The notes beneath the pieces were generated by a model, which searched no databases, had not been told where the DNA came from, and was given only the letters and a program-made list of their open reading frames with translations. The position numbers and the translations under genes were made by a program. DNA of 57,811 nt, the filler included, from Platydemus manokwari (Eukaryota): the NCBI GenBank assembly GCA_037951405.1. It is 5 parts of 5 records of this genome, joined end to end, with 100 filler letters (N's around TTAATTAATTAA, not from the genome) between each part and the next. Parts side by side here need not be neighbours in the genome. Positions count along the whole stretch, not along the records: positions 1 to 11,911 come from JBBMOY010396666.1; 4 more parts are not named here. One strand, 5' to 3'. Shown piece after piece: positions 1 to 12,011 of the stretch. Numbering within the stretch: position 1 is the stretch's first letter; the number at the start of each line of letters is the position of its first letter.

Positions 1-136
1 TATATATATATATATATATTCTTGTACTAGTGATAGATTATTAAAACCTGTAAAAAGGGAAAAAAATCTGATTTGAATTTGATAAAAAAGAATTCAATCA
101 ATTATCTTCTTGCTGGATTTGGTTTTCGAACATCAT

Positions 137-412
137 GTTAATACCATATATGTTTTATGAATTCTGAACACAACGCTAAAAGCCAAGGTTCCAGTAACCT
201 CGGTGTTTCACAATTCTAATAATCCAGAAACACAATAAATCCGAGGGATAAAAATCGAAAATTTTATCACGTATGTCTTTAAAATCATTCCCCGATTATA
301 TATTTAATATTAAAGAAATAACATCAAGAATTGAAGAATACCTTATGTGATCCTTATAAGATCCTCGCCACTTAGCGTTCTGTTCAGAATACATAAAATA
401 CATATGATTAAC
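137..412. mobile_element. Degenerate MITE-like element with ~55-bp imperfect terminal inverted repeats
   Basis: Left arm GTTAATACCATATATGTTTTATGAATTCTGAACACAACGCTAAAAGCCAAGGTTC is an imperfect reverse complement of the right arm (GATCCTCGCCACTTAGCGTTCTGTTCAGAATACATAAAATACATATGATTAAC); no ORF inside; no clear TSD. Confidence 0.5.
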
Positions 413-1307
413 TAAATAAAGTTTTATCCATGCTGTATATATAAGTTTAAAACCGTATTCCGCCGAAAGCCAATCTGTGGGTTATATATTTTTAGAGGTT
501 GACGAGCATTTAATTGTAAAATCTTAGATAACTCTCACTGTATTAGTCTTCTGTTGATTTCAATTTCGATTTTTTGTAATAATGATTTTTTTTTAATTTC
601 TTTTAACGTTTCTTTTCATTAATAAATATTATTTTGATTCATATACCAGTCTATTTTTAAACAATACCTACCTATTATAAAGGAGAGAGACATTTATTGT
701 GCTCATCGTCATAATCATATTTATTACCGATACCGTATATAAATTTTTTAAACTGAGTGTTATCAAATAATAACCATCAAATGTTTATTCTATTAACCCT
801 GACTAAATTCAGAAATATCATTCTACTTCATCAAAAATTCAACAGTATTCTAAATAAGGGACACATTAATTGCTAGAAATTTTGCTTGTCAATTCCGAAT
901 CGACAAAAAACGATAACAAAAATAAATAAGCTATTGATTAGTTGGCATCTGTAACAGGAAAGTAAGAAATAGGTTATCTTTCAATCTATCAGAATGTCGT
1001 CATCACCATAAGAAGTAGGAGTTCTTCATATTAAACGATTGTTATAAAAAGATTCTCGGAAATTATATCGATGGAGCACGAGATTCAGCATTGGACAAAA
1101 ATAATCAAAACCACTCGCTGATTTTTCAGAGCTGAATAACAATCAGTCATGGGATAAGAGAAAGCCAGGCAAAATTAGCATAACATAACGAGTATCGTAA
1201 ACAAAAGCATTAATCTTAATCTAAATTCGAAAATAATTCTTCACGATTGTGAGTATTTTAAATTGAATTAAAATTTTATATAAAATTTAATTTGGTATAA
1301 ATTTTTT

Positions 1308-1911
1308 GACTTAAGTTAAACAAAGGGTTCTAAAATGAAATTTTAAATCTGTTGAGTGTATTGCAAAAATCCATATAGTTTATTTAATTATATTCTTTAA
1401 AAATATTTTGAATTATTTATTTAAATACTTAAGAAGAATTTAATTTTTTGAAATCAAATATTAAATACACTGGAGCTCGAAAATCTCCTAAAATTTGGTT
1501 ATCTGGAAAAATGAAAAAAGTAGATCGAATTGTAATTTATTGAAAATTACCGATGATCCCTTTTAACATTGAAAGCAAATTGAGAAATACTCTTAATTTT
1601 TACAATCATTTTATAAAAATCAGCAATGATATTATTAAACATGTCTGTAATTAACTAAGCCGATTTATAATTATAAAAATTTAAATTTAAAAAGTCAAAT
1701 AATCATGTAGAAGTTTTGTGATTAGAATGGGAACTTGGTTTTAAAACTAGGTTTTGTCACTATTAGACATCTTAAAAATGAGATATTAACTGAATTATAT
1801 GAATAAATCAAACATCGCAATTATATATAAAATTAAATTATAAAATTATCGATGCGCGAAAATTCATTATAACGAAAGTAGGTCAAAGGATCCCTTTCAT
1901 TAAACGAGGCC
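1308..1911 (+). mobile_element. Merlin-like MITE, copy 1 (diverged)
   Basis: Colinear over ~600 bp with 45277-45872; imperfect TIRs GACTTAAGTTAAACAAAGGGTTC ... GATCCCTTTCATTAAACGAGGCC; no clean TSD; abuts a truncated TRIM LTR start (TGTGAGTATTTT near 1248). Confidence 0.75.
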
Positions 1912-2700
1912 GAAATATTAAATATACAACTATAATATAATAGTTTATGGAAAAGTAAAACAAGGGATAATTATTGGACAAAAAACCATTATTTACTTTT
2001 AGTTTTTAAATTATTGCTATCGCTCCTGTTACGATCGAAAATTTTATCGGATTAAATGACTCATATGCCGTTGACGGTAATCGACACCAGGTGTCTGTTT
2101 GGAGTTCAATTTAATGATTGCGATTATTTATTTAATTTTAGTTGAACTGGGTTCATTACTGAAGGTTTGATTTTGTTTGTTAGAGTGAAATAATTGATTT
2201 TTACGGCATCCTAATTGAATGGAATTTCTTTAGTTCCTTTCGATTAAATTTTAGTGCAATTCTAATTGATTTTGATCGTTTAGCAATTCTTCTCTACGAA
2301 GAAAAGTGGTGTAGCACTTGAGAGTTTTGTAGAAACTTCGCTGGCGTTTTCATGAGTTATTTAACTCATATTTGTATTGATTTTTTAATTCCTTATCAGA
2401 TTTTCACAGCTTTATTATTTTTTATTTCTTAATTATTATTTTTACAGTTTCTTATTTCTTTCCTTCATTTTAAGTTTTAATGCAAACTATTTTAAATTTT
2501 AACCCATTTTAATTCACGATTCGTTGATTTTGTTAAAAAATTATTTATTATTTTGATTGGACTGGGCTTTGGTACCTAACGAATTCATCAATTGTTTATT
2601 ATAGATAATTTTAATTTATTCATAATATTTTCTTTACAGCGCAATGCAAAGGAAATTTCAAAATCGCACTGATTATTTTAAATACAATGGACATTAAGAT

Positions 2701-2888
2701 TGTAAGCCGCTACTATTTCACAATGCTCGCATTAAAAATAAACTGAAAAGTCACGACACCAAACAATATTTAAAAACAATTATTTCAACAAATTAATTTG
2801 ATTTTATACTCAAAAAATTTTATACTTAATTAAATTTTATTTAAAATCAAATCCTTCAAACTTTGCAATTCAATTTAAAATACTCACA
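2701..2888 (-). mobile_element. Solo LTR of the TRIM family
   Basis: On the minus strand it begins TGTGAGTATT and ends GTAGCGGCTTACA, and contains the family core GGTGTCGTGACTTTTCAGTT; homologous to 53824-54002. Confidence 0.7.
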
Positions 2889-3518
2889 ATTATGAAATTT
2901 CTGTTTCACAATCCAATAAAACCATGACAACAACCTCGACGACTTTATTTTACGGATAGACATTCGAAGATATGTTTTATTGATAATTTTCGAGAACCTA
3001 AATAATTTGTCATTTTATTTGATAAGACAAACACCATTTGTTAAAAGTCGTCGAATCAAGTTAATCCTCCTTTAATCGAAAAATCCTTTCTGCTTATACA
3101 ATAGATTATCAGTTATTTATTTCACTTTTACATGGTCATGTATGGACGGTTTGAAAATCACATTAACATTGTGAGGTTTAAAATTGAAATTGAATTATTT
3201 AAAATTTAATTTAAAAATTTTAAAAATTAAATTTAATAATTTAAAACAAAGAATATTTTTAATTAATTATATTAAAAATATTTAATATTTATATTGCTCA
3301 GACTGTTAATGTAACCTCTCAAAATGTTTTAAAAAATTATTCATAAAATTTAAATGTGTTTAAAAAAATATGTTTTATAAAAAACGGAATTTTTAAAAGA
3401 CTGAATATTTGTTTGAAAAATATGTAATATGAAAATATTTTTTTTGCACGTTAATAGTTATGAGTTTTGAGTATAACCTAAAAAGCGACGAAGTGTTAGC
3501 AATTAACATGGCGATATA

Positions 3519-3578
3519 AATTCAATATAAATTAAATTCTATACTAATTCAAATTGAATTCAATTTGATATTCTCACA
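3519..3578 (-). mobile_element. TRIM LTR 5' fragment
   Basis: Near-exact reverse complement of the first ~60 bp of the LTR at 53824 (TGTGAGAATATCAAATTGAATT...). Confidence 0.65.
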
Positions 3579-5518
3579 AACAGAGAGAGCAATAAAAGAA
3601 GTTTCTCTTAATTTGGCATATAAATATATAGTAGTTAGTTTCTGTTGGACTTTACGATTTTTATATGAGAAATGATCCCGATTTTTTTCCAAATGCTAAT
3701 CAAAACCGGATTGAAAAAGTTTTATTTTCATAAAACCAATAAAAATTTTATGGCACAAACGAAAACACTGATCTCAGGGATCTCAAATTTTACAAATTCA
3801 AAAATGTGAAAATTTGAAAATGTCAAATTAAGAAGTGTAAATATTTCGTTAGATGTACCGCATAATAGGAAAATTGATTTGGTGATATTTTCGGCTATAA
3901 ATTCGTAACGAAACAGGAGTATTTAAATTCTAGATATGCCGCATAAAACAAGATATTTTAAGAACTGTTAATGGAATGTAAATGCAAATATTCTGTGACC
4001 CGGTACCTAATACAGTTTATTGGCGATATACCACTTATATTTGGTTCGGTTTTGAGTTCCCTACATGTATTTATCAGTTTTTTCCGTTTAGATAAATTGA
4101 AATATTTTTATCTTCAGTTTCACCATTTTAACCTACATCGAATTGAATTTTTGACCACATTTTTGAATGATAATGATCCACTCAATACATTCCTCTAAAT
4201 AGATTATAAATAAATAATTATACTTGATTATTGCAACTATTTTTCAGTTCTGATTTTCTTTTATTTTTTAATATTAAATAAAATAATGTTTCGTCCATTC
4301 AGAACTATTCCCAGTGAAATAAACACAAATTTTTGATTGGAGTTTAAATCATAAAAAAGTGTTAAAGAAATATTCTCAACTTGAAGCTTTGGTGTATATA
4401 AACTCTTGTTATGAATGGGTCTCAATGATATTTATTATTGGCTGTTTAATTTGAGGTGAAAAACCTAAGAAAAAATTCGACCGTTAATTGAATCGGGATA
4501 AAACTGGTGGCGTAAAAATCTTTAACAATTTACCGAAAAACTGAAAAATTTTAATAAATTTTTTTATAACTGTTGCAGATCATTTAGATATTGTTCTGCA
4601 AGTCGAATCTTTTCAAGTTATTATCTTAAGAAACATTTCTCGATTTTATGTTTTGATATTATTTTGTTCTCTTTTCGGTACAATTATCGATTATAAATAG
4701 ATTCGGAAAACATTTTTTAGCTATTTTATTGATTATATTGACAAAGAAAACGAAATAAAAATGGAAAATAAACAAGTCGACATGTTTCTTAAGCGGCACA
4801 TGAATCTTTAACGATTTTTCCATAAAACAAAAATATTAAAAATGATATTCTTCATTTATCATCATTAAAGATATATTAGAAATCATTCTACCATTTGAGA
4901 GAATGTTTCCCTAAAGTCAATCGGCGAAATTTTCTCGATTAAAATTTTTTTTTTCATTTTTTCTCGTTTTTCAATTCTTGATTACAAATAGATTTTACCA
5001 ATAAATTTTTAGCTGTTTCGAGATGTGATTGAAAACCAAAGACAAAGTTGAAAGATTTTTAATATCCTTTTAATCAATAGATTTCCCCACTTAAGTGGTA
5101 AATTTGTAAAAAAAATGTTGTCGTCTAATACAAACAAGTTCATTTTTAAAGGAATACTATTTAATTGTTTCTCTAAGTTTACTACTTAACCAGATCAATT
5201 TATCATTTCACTTAATTCATAACTGAATTGGCAACTTCCGCCTTGAAGTCAGAGATTCCACTGTCGTTTGTAAATTTTGAAACACCGCAATTAACAGCCA
5301 GCTAAATTCGAGATTGGACTTTCCACACAGGAACATCAATTCATCATCTGAATTCAGATCAGTCCAAGAATCAGTGACAATTCACGCCAGTCGATAACCA
5401 CTATCCAGTTTATGATCGTGTCTCAAACAGGTTTATCAGTCATTTCGAATATGTGTTATTTTACAGATGATTTGCTGAAAATGAATTTCTTTATTAAGGA
5501 GTTTCAGAAAATGACTTT

Positions 5519-5895
5519 TGTAAGCCGCTATTGTTTTATAAAGAACGCTTTGAAAGCCAACTGAAAAGTCACGACACCAAATTATAATTTAATTCCTTTT
5601 TACAAACAAATTATTATTTCACATAAATAGGAGATTTTTAATTTCGGTCTATTATAAACCCTTACACCAATTTTCCTCATAATCTTTCATGTTCTCTGAA
5701 TTCTACATGATATATCTATCAAATTCTCTAGATATTTATCTTTATAAAAATTTTTATTTCTCTTCTACATCTTCTATACAATTACGCCATATCTTCTTCA
5801 TATCCTTTCTGTATCTCCCTTCTCTTCTAGACTTCCATGTCATAAACATTTTCAGAATCGATACATTGTCGCCATGTAAGTCGCTGGTATTTTTT
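5519..5895 (-). mobile_element. TRIM copy: truncated 5' LTR, PBS, purine-rich internal region and 3' LTR
   Basis: Minus strand reads ...CAGCGACTTACA|TGGCGACAA...TCGATTCTGAAAA, then a GA-rich internal region, then the LTR TGTGAAATAA...GCGGCTTACA (5623-5519). Confidence 0.7.
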
Positions 5896-7207
5896 TCAAA
5901 TTCAACTCATTAAAAATCCTCACAACTTTCAAATACAATGGATACAGAAAATCGTTATTCGTCATCAACAAATATTTCATATCTATCAACCAGAAACTTT
6001 TATTCATCCGCAAATTTACAAAGCTCATAAACCGAATCACACAACATATTAATGTATCGATTGTAATTCCAGAAGAAAGCGAAAAAAATAAATCAAATGA
6101 AAGCTTATTCTGAAATGTATTGAAATAGATATTTGTCAAGTGCATCATTGGTGTGTTCTATTGTGTGTTATGCGTTACGATTGAAAATATCTCACAGAAA
6201 ATTACGACATAAAATAATGTGAATCTAAAAATTTTCGATTTCAAACCGAATTTTCAGATATTTATATAAATATTTAATTAATCCAGATCGATTCGGTCCA
6301 GTAATTTTGTTAAACAAGTTGCTCCATTCTATCGTTGGAAGGTACTGTATTAATATGTGAATATTTTCTACAATAATAATCAATATTTAATGTTCCAACC
6401 TATATGACGTGTGAAATAGGAATCAATTGATGGAAATCGAACAGTTGAGTGAAAATATCAAAATCAAAATAATAAAAATATTTCCATTATTTTACTGTTT
6501 CAAGGTCATTGTTGAAAATCCGAGCTTATTCTTCCATTTGATTAAAGTACGAATGAGAATTATTCATGAATATTAGAAATTATCACGATCGTGTACGGAA
6601 TTGTGGATGAAATTATTTCTTTTTCTCCCACATTGCCACGTCTCATGAAGCTGCTATGACGAAATGCAATGAATAACGATTATCGATTTCATAATTCACA
6701 GACAGTTCCCGATGACTTTTAATAAATTTTCACTTTCGATTGTTTTGAGTGAGAATTCGTGAGTCACATGGAGGAAAATTTGTCTTTAAATCAGTGGATT
6801 CTAAAAATATCCTCTTCGAAAAACTCGTTAGCGATCTATGTGATTGGAGAAAGAATTGAATTTCTTTAGCATTTTTGGAATCAACAGTATATGGAACGAG
6901 TGGATAGAATGATTGATATCGATGAAGGAGGAATTTTGTGGAAACAAATCATTACCGGGAAAAATAATTAAAATCATCAACAAATTAAAAGCCTTACGCA
7001 AAAATGAATTTGGGTGAAGAAAAATTGTCTTATCTCATATCGGAAGAGATTTATAAAATTCTCCGATGAAGCGAGAAAAATCGATTCTATAAATGCAATT
7101 CTGAAACGGTACATATTGAACAATTTTCAAGGAGATTATTTTTAAAGAATATTAATAATGCCCAATATCTATTTAGGATTTTAATACATTATTATTATAT
7201 TATTATT

Positions 7208-7307
7208 ATATTAGCGATACAAAACAAATACTACAAATACTAATATATTTTATATCTCACGTTTACGATAAGAGAATCTTGTAGTATTTGTTTTGTATCG
7301 CTAATAT
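7208..7307. repeat. Perfect 29-bp inverted repeat with a 42-nt spacer (hairpin or micro-MITE)
   Basis: 7208-7236 ATATTAGCGATACAAAACAAATACTACAA is the exact reverse complement of 7279-7307. Confidence 0.9.
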
Positions 7308-7369
7308 CATAATAATTATATTAATCAAATTTTAAATTTAATTCTAAACCATTTTTAATTCACATTTAA

Positions 7370-7525
7370 TTCAAATTTTATTCAAATCTAATTCTAATTT
7401 TATAAAAAAATCATATTAATATAAAATTAAATTTATTTGTTGAAATATTTGTTTTAAAATAAATTTTTTGTGTCTTGATTTTTCAGTACGTTTTTAGTAT
7501 GTGATTTTTAAAATAGTAGCTTACA
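7370..7525 (+). mobile_element. Solo or degenerate LTR of the TRIM family
   Basis: Contains GTGTCTTGATTTTTCAGTACG...TTTTAAAATAGTAGCTTACA, matching the LTR 3' half at 54660-54724; left boundary approximate. Confidence 0.6.
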
Positions 7526-10500
7526 TGTCTTATATGTTTACAAATGTACATATCATGCGGTTCTACTTAATACAGGATTTTGTAGATATTTTCTGTTGTC
7601 ATTTGGTTGTAAATAGACATCGGAGTTTTATAAAAAACTTATTATTTTCTTGAATTATTTGATATTATTATTTTTAATGTTTTTAAACTTTAATTTACTT
7701 AAAGCTTTTCATTTTTCTTTATTGGGTTGCATTTATTAGCTTAAATAAATAATTTATCATTTTCTTTATTGAAAACCGAATATTTCAGAATCTATTTCAG
7801 TGCAAATCCACTCACAATGTTAAGCAAAAATCAAAAGTCATTACCGGAAAAGTGGTTTCGATTATCTCTGAATATGAAATAAATAATCATGTTAAAACGA
7901 TGTATTGGTTTTTTCGTTTGTTTTAGAAAGACTCGCTATTGAATTTGATAAAATCGGAAAATATAAAAAGAATATTTCACTGCCATTTTATTTGAAAATA
8001 AATTTTTGTTGAAAATTTTTACAAAATAAATCACACAGATCGAGATCAAGTGCCAGGTTATTAAATGAAATCGAATACGAAACTGGTTCAGATAAATTAT
8101 TCTATAAATAACCCTTAGAATCCGGTATAAGAAAAGTGTTTATGAAAAATTTTAAGTGATAAACCAACAAGAATATCGCTAAATTTTAAAGTAATATAAA
8201 CAATTATTACGGTTCTTATGAACCCAAAAAGTTTGTCTGTGACTAACAATGAAAAAAAATATATTTAAATTATTATCATTCCAGGACAACCCATTTTAAA
8301 TCTTCAATCGACATTTAGGAAATCGGCTTTCCAAACACATTCTTTTCAACAAATTCGAATAACGTTTCCTAGACATTTGATATGGTTTTATAAATCATTT
8401 CCCTTACCTATGTGATAAAATTTTAATTTATTTATGAAAGAGATTTCAATTATCTGGAGGATTTTTAAATTAATTGGATTTATTTAAGCACCCAGACCGA
8501 GATTTGGAAATAAAATCACCAAGTCGATATTGGAAATCCATCGAAGGAAATGAATCAAATACTTCATTGACTGAAGATGTGTCCCTGGGTATGAAATAAA
8601 AATATTTTTACTGGAAAATCGATTAACTTAAAAAGAATTGACATTACAGCAATAAACCGTTTAGAAATGTTTTTAGGATTTAAAAATAAATGTTATTAAT
8701 TAGCTGCACGAATATTTATCAAAACGGATATTATCAAATCGTTTGTGGAGCATGACATCAATAAAAATTTTAATGTGACTACATAAACTGTATTATAATG
8801 GAGATAAATTCCCAAAATGATCTCTCCATTCAAAATGTTATCGCAACGATAAATGCATCCTCCATTAGTCGTCTCGATATTCCATGCTCGAATCAAACTC
8901 ATTGTGATAATAAGAGGTAATTAAATATAATAATCATCTCTAAACAACTTTAAATATTTTTTCATCGAACTCAAAAGAAAAATTATACTTATCAATGTCT
9001 GTTTATTTCAGGAGAATAAACAAAGAAATTTTACTCTCTCTGTGGAAAACAGTAAAATTTCCCCTATCAAATATTTTTCCCTTTAATACAGTCGGCATAC
9101 CGAACTTGTGTTGGTGATTTCTACACTTCAAAACTACCTATCGGTTGGTGATGGTGAGAAATGCTCGGTTAATAAATACGAAATGAGGTACTCAGTTGAC
9201 GACGAATTTTTCGTATCGTAAATCAACCAAAATTAAATGATATTAATATGATTGGGTTTAAAAATAATTCCAGTTTTAGAGATTTCTATTTCATAATCTA
9301 TATAGTATTTCCAAAGGATAGGTGTGTGTTCATTAAAAAATTTATATACGCGGTTGAATTCCTAATATCATCTCGTGGATTCTGGATAAAATAGTAAAAC
9401 ACATCAAGTTTTAATAAAAACTAAACACAATCGATGTGGGATCAAAGATCCACCTATGATCACTCGAAATAGAGCCCTCATTTTATCTTAACTTATGTCT
9501 TGTTGATAGAAATTGCCTAATATTTATTGTCATCGATTTAACCAATCATATTTAACCACATCTGATAAGGAGATATTAAAAATTTCAAAAAGCTAAATCT
9601 GATATCGTTTAAACAAATTATGAATATATGACATGCTAAATAAACACATGATTTCCTTCAATTTACACTCCGGATAGCTTGTAAATATTCAAATAAATCA
9701 GACTCGTATCGAACATCCTTTAATAATTTATTATAACGAGACCTTTATTTTTATTCTCACTTGAGAGCATCACTTTTAAAAATAAAATTTAGAATTTCAT
9801 CCTTTATATAATATCTAATAAATTTTCATAATATGAATAATAATATGATTTTTATAATTATATTTTATTTGTGTGAACCAAGTCTTACTTGAATGATGAC
9901 TTATAAAAAAATCGTATTACTTATAAATGAAAGCATGATAAGTAGTAGTGACTATATTAAGACATTTATCAATCTAAAAAATAAGAAACTATAAATAACA
10001 ATTTCCATTAATGGATGAGCTGCAATCAGGGAATGCAATAACAGTTTCTCATGATTATGTTCTTTATATAAATGAGGTAAATAAATCTCATAAAAATCAT
10101 CAAATCCCGAAAATGTTGTTATAAAACTATATTGTATAACTATAAAGTCTAATTAGAGATTATCGTATTGTTTATCGCTAATATAACGAAAAAGTCTGTA
10201 TTAGCTTCGCCTGGCTGTCGTTAAGTCACATGGATTTATAGTGCAAATAAATGAAAGATAAATCATGGAATATTATTTACGAAAACCAATGAACAAGTAT
10301 GGATCTGAGGTTCGATAATTATAACAAGTTCACATTAATGACGGTAATAAAATCTCAATACATGTCTTGTAAATATGACAAAAACCATTTCAGGAATGAC
10401 ATGCCATCATATTTAGATTGTATTACATCACATAAGTTGATTGGAAAACCCAGTTATCATGATTATAAATCAATATTCTTGAATAACGATTTATTGTGAC

Positions 10501-11398
10501 GCTTAAATAATCATTAAACTAATGAAATTAACGCCAATACTATCAGTGTGTGTTTGCCAGTTTTCAAGTCAATGTAAATATTCATTAAAAAGTAAAAAAT
10601 CAAACTCTAGAGATCAAATTTATCACAAATATTTAAATTAAATCTGGAAAATTTGAGCCAAATCATATCAATTGTTTCACGGATTTCACGTATTAGAAAG
10701 AACATAAATCTGACAGTTATCACATTAAAGGGAATGAATTTGACCCCAAAAAATAAATAAATAAAACAGTTGAAATTGGACTGGAGTCAAGGGGGGTATG
10801 GGCGAGTGTCTATGGATTGAATTAATTTAATCGATATTGGAAATCGAACAGAATATTGGAGAATAATTATAATCAATTTAGAAATGTAGATAAATAAATG
10901 TCGTTTGCTAAATTAACAAAGGGAAAAATGAAAAGAAACGGATATTGTGATCAATGAAAGAATTCGAGAAATTATTGATAAAAAATAAATTTAAATAAAG
11001 CCATTTGCATTGTGACGGGAAACAATGTTAGAAATCAGATGGGAATTTATTATAAATGCGTGAAAAACTATTGATTATGAATAATAATAATTAATTTTTC
11101 AGGAATATTTGATTGTAAATAAAATATATTGCTCAGTATAGATTTAATATAAAATCGATAATCTTCAGCCAATTAAATTATATTTCCGAATGGAGAATCA
11201 TTAAGAAATAATTAAAAATAAAATATTAGGAATATATTTAGTTATTATAATAATTAGAAATAATATTTATTAAAATGATATTGATTTATTCCTTATAATA
11301 ATAATAAATTAATTAATAAATTTATCAATAATAATTTATGTGATTATAATAACTAAATTTATTTAATTATAATTGATATTATAATTTATATATATATA

Positions 11399-11830
11399 CC
11401 GTGCGATTCATAAGACTCCGTCTCTAAAACTAAAATAAAACAATGTTTGATTTGAAGAATATTCCAAAGGTTTTATTTTTTATTCCTTGAGATATCTGTG
11501 GACAGAAGTTTCTCAAGTCATACACATTTGTGCAGTTTCTCGTTGATTTGTGCCATCACTGTCTTTTACAAAATTTACCACCTTTTCCTTCGTGATTTCA
11601 TCAGACGGTCTTCCTGATTGCAAAGTAGTGGATAGGTTTCCAACATTGCACTGTCGGCCTAGCTGGTGGTGCACGATTGAAATGCTGTTGAAACTCTTGG
11701 CAAGTTTTGCCACTACTCTGGTACACTATTACATGGCTAACTATAAACACTCTATCCGCAAGTGAAAATTTAACATCAGCAGCTGCTTACGCCATATTGT
11801 AATAATGCAACTGATTAATAAGGAATAAAG
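11399..11830 (-). mobile_element. Internally deleted Tc1/mariner element with a frameshifted N-terminal HTH transposase remnant
   Basis: TA followed by TIR-like CCGTGCGATTCATAAGACTCC at 11399. Minus strand from ATG 11795 reads MA*AAADVKFSLADRVFIVSHVIVYQSSGKTCQEFQQHFNRAPPARPTVQCWK, then frameshifts to LQSGRPSDEITKEKVVNFVKDSDGTNQRETAQ. The GRP motif and double-HTH pattern are typical of mariner/Tc3-type transposases; no DDD/E domain; right boundary approximate. Confidence 0.7.
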
Positions 11831-11911
11831 TTCGTTAATCAGTGAATAATAATTAATATCAATGAGTATAAATATGTGAGTATAAATTATATTGTGTTTT
11901 GTTGTTTTATT

Positions 11912-12011
11912 NNNNNNNNNNNNNNNNNNNNNNNNNNNNNNNNNNNNNNNNNNNNTTAATTAATTAANNNNNNNNNNNNNNNNNNNNNNNNNNNNNNNNN
12001 NNNNNNNNNNN
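11912..12011. other. Artificial contig linker
   Basis: 44 N + TTAATTAATTAA (stop codons in all six frames) + 44 N. Confidence 0.98.

Noticed and set aside
2066-2090. GCCGTTGACGGT resembling the 5' end of the planarian spliced leader (as recalled)
   Set aside because: The match is short, with no leader-terminal ATG/GT donor or Sm site following
5689-5913. 74-aa plus-strand ORF
   Set aside because: It is the pyrimidine-rich antisense strand of a TRIM internal region
11956-11967. Recurrent palindrome TTAATTAATTAA spaced ~11-13 kb apart as a biological element
   Set aside because: Always flanked by exactly 44 N on each side, so it is an assembly linker
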